From contig JBBQPO010000076.1 in NCBI GenBank assembly GCA_038217285.1, positions 1 to 21,571 on the forward strand: 21,571 nucleotides of DNA, given 5' to 3'. The notes beneath the pieces were generated by a model. It had not been told where the DNA came from, made no database searches, and saw only the letters and a program-made list of their open reading frames with translations. The DNA is from Chthonomonadales bacterium (GTDB taxonomy: Bacteria > Armatimonadota > Chthonomonadetes > Chthonomonadales > Chthonomonadaceae). A program made the position numbers and the translations under genes. Positions 16,056 through 21,571 of the stretch are shown here, in pieces. Positions within the stretch are counted from its first letter, which is position 1; the number at the start of each line of letters is the position of its first letter.

Positions 16056-17059
16056 TCGCTCCCCAGGGCGCGCTCGATTTCCAGGTCATAGATGCGCTCG
16101 AACTGCGCCGCGATCAGGTTCGGGCTGAGTTCATTATAAGAGTTGGCGGGATGCACTCTCACCGAGCCGTCTTTCTTGTTGCGCTCCATTGCGAAAAGGC
16201 GCAGGGTGTCGTCGGCTCTCTTCTGAAGATCCAGCTCCTTCAGGATGATGTAGTTGTGCGTGGAGAGGAAGATCTGTACGCCACGCTGCGTCAGTTCGAA
16301 TAGCAGGCTGATGACTTCGTCCATCAGCGAGGGATTCAGGTTGGTTTCGGGTTCGTCCCAATACAGGACGCTTCCGCTGGTGAGCGATCCATTGGCGATC
16401 AACTGATAGAGCAGCGCCAGTTTGCGCCATCCTTCGGCGACTAGATGCATCTCAATACGCCCATTTTTGCCCGTCAGATAGAACCGTTCTCCCTTCACTT
16501 CAACATGGCCTTCCAACTGGTTAGCGATTCGTTCCAGCAAGGGCGCTATATCACCTTGTGCTGCTTCGCGAAGTGTGGGTATGAACGCAAGGGAAAGAAT
16601 ATCGCGATGCGTCTCATCGAAATCAATATTGCGTTGATCGTAGAGCGACAGAAATCCGACCGAATGAGCTAGCATATCCTTGACAGGGATAAAGACAGGC
16701 TGAGTTACGTTGTCCCAGTGAACACCGTCGTCAAAAGCCGATCTATAACCGTCGAGTATTTGGATTGCGAATTTATAAGGCGTTCCATTCCAGGTTGCCA
16801 CAGGAGTTGATATGTCGGATCGATTCTCTTGGTGAAGCAGAGCATCCAGAGTTTCCGGGCGAAATATAGCCAGTAATCGCTCACCGATTTGCTGTCCGTC
16901 GCGTGATGGAAATTGCGCCTTTTGCATGGCATAGAGCAGTTTCATGACATGCGTTTTGCCAGTCGCATTTGCACCTACCAAAACATTAATACCGGGCACA
17001 AAATCGAAATCTGCCTTGCGGAAGACGGTGAAGTTATTGATGTGAAGCTTCTCAAGCAT
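16052..17059 (-). CDS. ABC-type ATPase (AAA_15/AAA_21-like, defence-associated)
   Basis: LHINNF start, Walker A GANATGKT, signature-like VAEGWRK, Walker B/D-loop LYWDEPETNLNP, H-switch STHN; no TM; AGGAG RBS. Confidence 0.9.
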   Translation of the reverse strand: MLEKLHINNFTVFRKADFDFVPGINVLVGANATGKTHVMKLLYAMQKAQFPSRDGQQIGERLLAIFRPETLDALLHQENRSDISTPVATWNGTPYKFAIQILDGYRSAFDDGVHWDNVTQPVFIPVKDMLAHSVGFLSLYDQRNIDFDETHRDILSLAFIPTLREAAQGDIAPLLERIANQLEGHVEVKGERFYLTGKNGRIEMHLVAEGWRKLALLYQLIANGSLTSGSVLYWDEPETNLNPSLMDEVISLLFELTQRGVQIFLSTHNYIILKELDLQKRADDTLRLFAMERNKKDGSVRVHPANSYNELSPNLIAAQFERIYDLEIERALGSE

Positions 17060-17181
17060 TGTCTTTGTTCTCCTGCCTGGATAGGGAAGACAAGTCGTTG
17101 CTCATGAGCGACCAATAGGAGTGGCAACGATGTTCTACCCTGGAATTAGGCAATGTGCATTGATACGGCTGCCATTTCAGA

Positions 17182-17304
17182 TCAGTCATCGCCGCCCCCT
17201 GTCACCGCTTTGACTTCTGCGAGGAGATCGCCGAATTTGCCGTAGTTGACCTTCACGCCATCGCCGCAGTCGAGACTTATGCGCATGTCGGCATAGTGAC
17301 GAAG
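17182..17304 (-). pseudogene. pglX: C-terminal 40 codons of the BREX-1 methyltransferase PglX (BrxX)
   Basis: Minus strand reads LRHYADMRISLDCGDGVKVNYGKFGDLLAEVKAVTGGGDD*, the hallmark PglX C-terminus (consensus LRHYAD.RI.LDLDDGVKVNYGKFGDLLA.VKA.TG). Not present in the ORF track. Confidence 0.9.
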
Positions 17305-17606
17305 AAGTCGGCGAGCAGAAGGCTGTGTTTCAGAGTCGCCGCCAGAACAGCCTGAGTCGCTACAGCAGGCGAACCGTCACGAACTAGCTCCCATAAGTCG
17401 GGCTTCATCGTGGAAAGACGATGGCGAATATACTCCGCGAAGGTCTTGGCCGTACTTGCGCTGCGCTTTTGGAGAACATTCTCATTCACAATCGCATTTT
17501 GCCACGCCGCGTCGTCTACGCCTTCGAGCAGAAGCGCTGCTATGAGGCGACTCTCCGCGACTTTGAGAGAACCTTTGGTCAGATTAGCCGAGTAGAGATT
17601 TTTCAC
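17277..17606 (-). pseudogene. brxA: Truncated BREX BrxA (DUF1819)
   Basis: From GTG 17606: YSANLTKGSLKVAESRLIAALLL...WQNAIVNENVLQKRSASTAK...IRHRL...LWELVRDGS...LAATLKHSLLLADF, then out-of-frame pglX sequence. About half of a normal BrxA. Confidence 0.88.
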
Positions 17607-17986
17607 GTACTGTGGGGCACCTTCGTAGAGCCGGTAAAACCTGAACTTCTGTTGTCGCAGCAAGTCATACCGCATAATCTTGGCAAACGTTTGGCTTCCA
17701 GGTTGAACTGGCATGTGGATCGGATCGAGGTCGTTCATCTCAGTTCAGATGTCCCACAAGATTGGACGCTGGCGTGGAGAATTCCTCCTCTATCCGGCAA
17801 TCAAAGAGGAGGATCTGCCACCGTGGTCAGTGCATCTGTGATTTGCGAGGCATAGCGCTCGGCCAAGTCCAACGCGCTGAAGGAAATGCACAGGGAAACT
17901 ACTCACAAGCATCGAAGAATACCTGAAATTCCTTCAGCACGAACAACGGCGACAGTTGGCATAAACAGACGCATCCCGGAGAATAT

Positions 17987-19024
17987 CTACTTTCCGAAGG
18001 CTGATTTCAGCCCATCGGCCGCAAACATTTCGGCGTCTTTGGCCTTGTCAACGACGGCTCCCATGCCAAAGAACTCATGAGTCACGCCGGTATAGTTTCG
18101 GTACCGCACCGCGACGCCTGCCTGTTTGAGCTTGTCGGCATAGGCTTTCCCTTCGCTCATGAGAGGATCGATCTCATCGGTGATGACGGTCGCCGCCGGC
18201 AGCCCTTTGACGTTTCCCTTGAGGATCACGAGATAAGGATTTTTGGTGTCGGCCGCGCTTTTGACGGTGTTTCGGAGGAACCAGGCCATCATGGGCTTGT
18301 TTAGCGGTTTGGCATTGGCATTGATCTGGTAAGAACGCGTGTTCAGGTTGCTGTTGGCGACCGGATAGACCAGCACTTCATAGATGGGCATCATGCCTTT
18401 GCGGTCGCGCGCCATCATGCAGATCGCGCTGGCCATGTTACCGCCCGCGCTCTCCCCCATGACAGCGACGCGCTTCGGATCGCCCTTCATCTTTCCTGCG
18501 TTCTTCATCACATACTGCAGTGCGGCGTAACAGTCTTCATGGGCGGCGGGAAACCTGTGCTCTGGGGCTTTGCGATACTCGACTGAAACGACCATGGCGT
18601 TCGTGAGGTTGACCATGGCGCGTGGGGAGGCGTCGTAGGTGTCCATGGTCGCGATCACCCATCCGCCGCCATGAATGTAGAAAATTACCGGAAACGGACC
18701 CTCTCCAGCCGGAGTATAGATACGGACGGGGATCGGGCCGGCAGGGCCGGGAACCGTCGTGTTCTGTACGCTTCCCACAGGCTCGGGATCGGTGCTTTTG
18801 CCCTGTTTTTTAAGCAGCATCTTCACAGCGTCGGCCGGTGTGGGCTGCTTGCGCGCTTCCTTCGCAGAAAGCTGGGGGATGGGTTTGCCGTGCAGGGCTC
18901 CCAGTTCATCCAGAACGGCTTTCATCTGTGGGTCGGGCTTCGGTGGGGTTTGTGCGTGGGCCAATGGTGCAAGGCAGGCGCTCAATATCAGCGCGGGACG
19001 AAGAAGGGAACGGGTAGCTTTCAT
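17987..19024 (-). CDS. Secreted alpha/beta hydrolase (HSL/GDXG-family esterase-lipase)
   Basis: Signal peptide (..PLAHA-Q), YIHGGGWV, EYRKAPEH, GESAGG nucleophile elbow, DPL, HEFF; GAGGAG RBS before ATG 19024. Confidence 0.93.
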   Translation of the reverse strand: MKATRSLLRPALILSACLAPLAHAQTPPKPDPQMKAVLDELGALHGKPIPQLSAKEARKQPTPADAVKMLLKKQGKSTDPEPVGSVQNTTVPGPAGPIPVRIYTPAGEGPFPVIFYIHGGGWVIATMDTYDASPRAMVNLTNAMVVSVEYRKAPEHRFPAAHEDCYAALQYVMKNAGKMKGDPKRVAVMGESAGGNMASAICMMARDRKGMMPIYEVLVYPVANSNLNTRSYQINANAKPLNKPMMAWFLRNTVKSAADTKNPYLVILKGNVKGLPAATVITDEIDPLMSEGKAYADKLKQAGVAVRYRNYTGVTHEFFGMGAVVDKAKDAEMFAADGLKSAFGK

Positions 19025-19232
19025 CGTAAACGATCTCCTCGTGACGGACAGAACAGGCGTTGGACACCCATACGTCACCGGAGGACGCTCAATACTACTG
19101 ATCAGTTCCCTACAATATGTCATTTAACCCGGCGGCGCGGCAATGCCGCACCAATCGGGAGGAGATAACGACCTTGTGGCGCATATTACGGGTGCTTCAT
19201 GAGGCGGTTGTGTTGTTAAAATAGCAGGCATG

Positions 19233-19262
19233 AAAAAGGGGTTAGAGAATATTCTCTAACCC
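19233..19262 (-). terminator. Rho-independent terminator after tRNA-Pro
   Basis: Perfect 24-bp palindrome GGGTTAGAGAATATTCTCTAACCC (19239-19262) followed on the minus strand by CTTTTT. Confidence 0.8.
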
Positions 19263-19278
19263 ACTTAACACTCTATGA

Positions 19279-19350
19279 TCGGGGTGACTGGATTTGAACC
19301 AGCGACATCTCGCCCCCCAGACGAGCACTCTACCACTGAGCTACACCCCG
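19279..19350 (-). tRNA. tRNA-Pro(GGG), CCA not encoded
   Basis: CGGGGTG acceptor stem, D arm TAGCTCAGTGGTAGAGT, anticodon arm CTCGT-CT GGG GG-GCGAG, T arm GGTTCAAATCC, ending CACCCCG-A; 72 nt. Confidence 0.95.
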
Positions 19351-19363
19351 GCGAAACCTTGCT

Positions 19364-19393
19364 ATTATATCGCGACTGAGGGCGTTCTGTCAA
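19364..19393 (-). promoter_or_regulatory. Consensus sigma70 promoter of tRNA-Pro
   Basis: TTGACA (19393-19388), 18-nt spacer, TATAAT (19369-19364), 13 nt upstream of the tRNA. Confidence 0.85.
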
Positions 19394-19674
19394 GGTCGAA
19401 TGTGCCGACGGCCATTTTGCCATGCGTCTCCCACGAACTGACTGCCGTCCCTGTCGAAGAGGCCAGTGCCAAAAAACTGCAACCGGCTCGCGGTGAAGAA
19501 GGTATTGAGATTGAGAGTGGCGTACTGGTTTAGCACGCAGACGTAAAGGATGGTTGCCCAGAAAGGCAATGACCCTCTGCGGGCAACGGACACGGTCGAC
19601 GACACCCCGGTTCCTACACAGAGACCCGCAGGCAGACCGCGACAGGCAGCCTGGGGAGAAGGAGAGTTCACAGC

Positions 19675-20505
19675 ATGGCAGCAACACCAGAGGGAGGGGC
19701 TCCGATGTATTCCGGCTACGGACAAGCTCCGAAAATTCGCTTCGAAGTGATCGGTGAGGCCTGGCAGCTTTTCACCCAACAGATGGGAACATGGGTCATG
19801 GCGGTCCTGCTCATGTTCGTGGTCCTGATGGTCCCCGCGGCAGTGATGTTCTTCAGTATGTTCGGGATGCTGATGGCGTCGCTGGCAGGGGGTCGCAACG
19901 GAGCGCCTATCTTCGGAGTGGGCATGATGCTGGGTTTCCCGGTCGCAATAATGCTCCTCATGGTCCTCGCCTTTGTCTTGATGGGAGGTCTGTACCGCAT
20001 GGCGATCAAGCAGGTACGCGGGGAGCCGATCCAACTGAGCGATGTCTGGTCGGTCACCGATGTCCTCGTCAACCTGCTTGGAGGCGGCCTCCTTGTCGCT
20101 TTCGCCACAATGGTGGGGGCCGTGCTCTGCTACTTGCCGGCGCTGATTGTAGGCGGCCTGCTTATGCTTACTATACCCCTTATCGTCGATCAGAAGATGA
20201 GTCCCATCGAAGCGGCGACCAGGAGTTGGAACGCCCTCAAGTCGGAATGGCTCATGGCAGGCGTCCTCTTCTTCGTCCTGTCGTTTATCGGCGGTCTGGG
20301 CGCTATCGCCGTCTACATCGGCATGTTGTTTACGTACCCGATCTTCATCCTGGGAGTCGCGCTCGTCTACCGTGACTTCATTCTGGGTCCCGGCGGCCCG
20401 CCCCCACCCGGCAGCGGCAGTCCCTACCCTGTCGGCGTCACTCCCGGCAGCTATCCGCCAGCCCCCTACGTTGCCGAGCCGCCGCCGCCAGGCGAGCTGC
20501 GATAG
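19675..20505 (+). CDS. Integral membrane protein with a Pro-rich C-terminal tail
   Basis: AAGGAG RBS; about 5-6 TM helices; pattern IGEAWQLF...GGLYRMAIKQVRGE...IVDQKMSPIEAATRSW. Confidence 0.8.
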   Translation: MAATPEGGAPMYSGYGQAPKIRFEVIGEAWQLFTQQMGTWVMAVLLMFVVLMVPAAVMFFSMFGMLMASLAGGRNGAPIFGVGMMLGFPVAIMLLMVLAFVLMGGLYRMAIKQVRGEPIQLSDVWSVTDVLVNLLGGGLLVAFATMVGAVLCYLPALIVGGLLMLTIPLIVDQKMSPIEAATRSWNALKSEWLMAGVLFFVLSFIGGLGAIAVYIGMLFTYPIFILGVALVYRDFILGPGGPPPPGSGSPYPVGVTPGSYPPAPYVAEPPPPGELR

Positions 20506-20535
20506 CGCGGAGGGAACTGCGAACGCTCGGAAGTT

Positions 20536-20608
20536 CTTGCGCGGCAATCCTGACTACTTGCGCGGCAATCCTGACTAAAGGTATACTAATAGTCCGAATT
20601 GCCGCGCA
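20536..20608. repeat. 21-bp tandem duplication plus an inverted copy enclosing the cysteine synthase promoter
   Basis: CTTGCGCGGCAATCCTGACTA at 20536-20556 and 20557-20577. Inverted copy TAGTCCGAATTGCCGCGCA at 20590-20608 (17/19 match). TTGCGC, 18-nt spacer, TATACT spans 20558-20587. Confidence 0.85.
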
Positions 20609-20658
20609 GTTTGTCCTCTTCACGGAACAGGAAAAGCGCGGGGAGCGTAAACGGGAGT

Positions 20659-21571
20659 ATGACGACGTTGACCCGAACCACCGTAGAACCCACTGTGCGA
20701 GAGAGCTTTTCCGTGGAGAGGCCCGCTGTTGCGCCTCATCCTGTCGGCCTGCTCGATCTCGTCGGTAATACGCCCCTGCTGCAGTTGCGCCGCCTCGTGC
20801 CGCGCAATCCGCGTGTCACGATCTATGCCAAAGCGGAGTGGGCCAATCCCGGCGGCTCGGTGAAAGACCGCGCGGCGCGTAACATGCTGCTGGAAGGCGA
20901 GCGCTCCGGCAAGCTGCGGCCCGGCAAAACTATTCTGGATTCGACCTCCGGCAATACGGGAATCGCCTACGCCATGCTCGGCGCCGCGATGGGCTACGAG
21001 GTGCATCTCTGCCTGCCGCTCAATGCCAATGAGGAGCGTAAACAACTGCTCAAGGCGTATGGGGCGCATCTGATTTTGACCGACCCACGTCAGTCCTCCG
21101 ACGGGGCGATCCTGAAAGCCCGTGAGATCTATGCCGCCGACCCTGATCGGTATTTCTATCCCGATCAGTACAACAATCCCGCCAACTGGCAGGCGCATTA
21201 CGAAACCACCGCGCCCGAGATCTGGAAACAGACCGGTGGGCGTATCACCCATTTCGTCGCGGGCCTGGGCACCAGCGGCACCTTTATGGGCGTCGGGCGT
21301 CGCCTGCGCGAGCTCAATTCGGCTGTCCGCCTTATCTCCTTCCAGCCCGACTCGCCGTTTCATGGCCTGGAGGGCATGAAGTATATGGCGACCTCCATCG
21401 TGCCGGGCATCTACGACCCGACTCTCGCCGACGAGAACCGCGAAGTCGGCACCGAGGCCGCGCATACGATGGTCAAACGACTGGCGCGGGAAGAGGGCGT
21501 CCTGGTCGGTGTCTCGGCAGCGGCGGCGATGGTCTGCTCGCTGCAGCTCGCGGAGGAGTTGGACGAAGGCG
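20659..21571 (+). CDS. cysM: PLP-dependent cysteine synthase (CysM/CysK family), 3' end outside the window
   Basis: Open frame from ATG 20659 (absent from the ORF track because it has no stop in the window): LVGNTPL, KAEWANPGGSVKDR (PLP lysine), STSGNTG, QYNNPAN, GLGTSGT, HGLEG, LAREEG. Confidence 0.9.
   Translation, partial: MTTLTRTTVEPTVRESFSVERPAVAPHPVGLLDLVGNTPLLQLRRLVPRNPRVTIYAKAEWANPGGSVKDRAARNMLLEGERSGKLRPGKTILDSTSGNTGIAYAMLGAAMGYEVHLCLPLNANEERKQLLKAYGAHLILTDPRQSSDGAILKAREIYAADPDRYFYPDQYNNPANWQAHYETTAPEIWKQTGGRITHFVAGLGTSGTFMGVGRRLRELNSAVRLISFQPDSPFHGLEGMKYMATSIVPGIYDPTLADENREVGTEAAHTMVKRLAREEGVLVGVSAAAAMVCSLQLAEELDEG

Noticed and set aside
17607-17738. N-terminal 44 residues of the 153-aa brxA ORF
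   Set aside because: No BrxA similarity until VKNLYSA; probably upstream leader sequence.
17890-17964. Protein-like plus-strand tail KLLTSIEEYLKFLQHEQRRQLA*
   Set aside because: It could be a gene remnant, but there is no start and no recognisable family.
13520-19280. att-type direct repeat of the tRNA-Pro 3' end, or an integrase
   Set aside because: I found no copy of TTCAAATCCAGTCACCCCGA and no recombinase motifs by eye; a degenerate copy cannot be excluded.
19535-19635. Possible riboswitch in the leader of the membrane protein (GCAGA...TCTGC enclosing TTGCC-CAGAAA-GGCAA)
   Set aside because: Hairpins are present, but motif order does not fit c-di-GMP-I, glycine, SAM or other families I can recognise; an Rfam/Infernal scan would decide.
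20536-20608. CRISPR array interpretation of the 21-bp repeats
   Set aside because: Only two adjacent direct copies with no spacer, and no cas genes.
19390-21465. Minus-strand ORFs 19390-20547 and 20620-21465
   Set aside because: Antisense shadows of the membrane protein and the cysteine synthase.

Overview
GC-rich bacterial chromosome segment (core genes above 60% GC by eye) with two lower-GC accessory patches. Left end (1-1380): a degenerate IS256 transposase fragment, then a two-gene module encoding an MNT-like protein with no catalytic loop and a HEPN-like protein. Core block on the + strand: exported ThuA-like protein, zinc-ribbon membrane protein, membrane-anchored Cys-dependent phosphatase and YVTN-propeller/phosphoesterase. 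Core block on the - strand: a Ser/Thr signalling operon (FhaA-like protein with two FHA domains, an unannotated 32-aa membrane peptide, a PP2C phosphatase and a 5-TM Hanks kinase), followed by a membrane-anchored HEAT-repeat protein. Between that operon and tRNA-Pro(GGG) lies a decayed defence island. It holds a collapsed type I BREX locus: truncated brxA fused directly to the last 40 codons of pglX, plus a truncated pglZ start. An intact, translationally coupled ABC/AAA ATPase + PD-(D/E)xK-like gene pair sits in the pglX-pglZ slot and is the best candidate for an undescribed anti-phage system. An SBD-HNH type IV restriction-like nuclease lies downstream. Right end: secreted esterase, tRNA-Pro, a membrane protein and a cysteine synthase (runs off the window) whose promoter sits in a tandem + inverted repeat. 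All family calls come from motif recognition by eye; no database searches were run.
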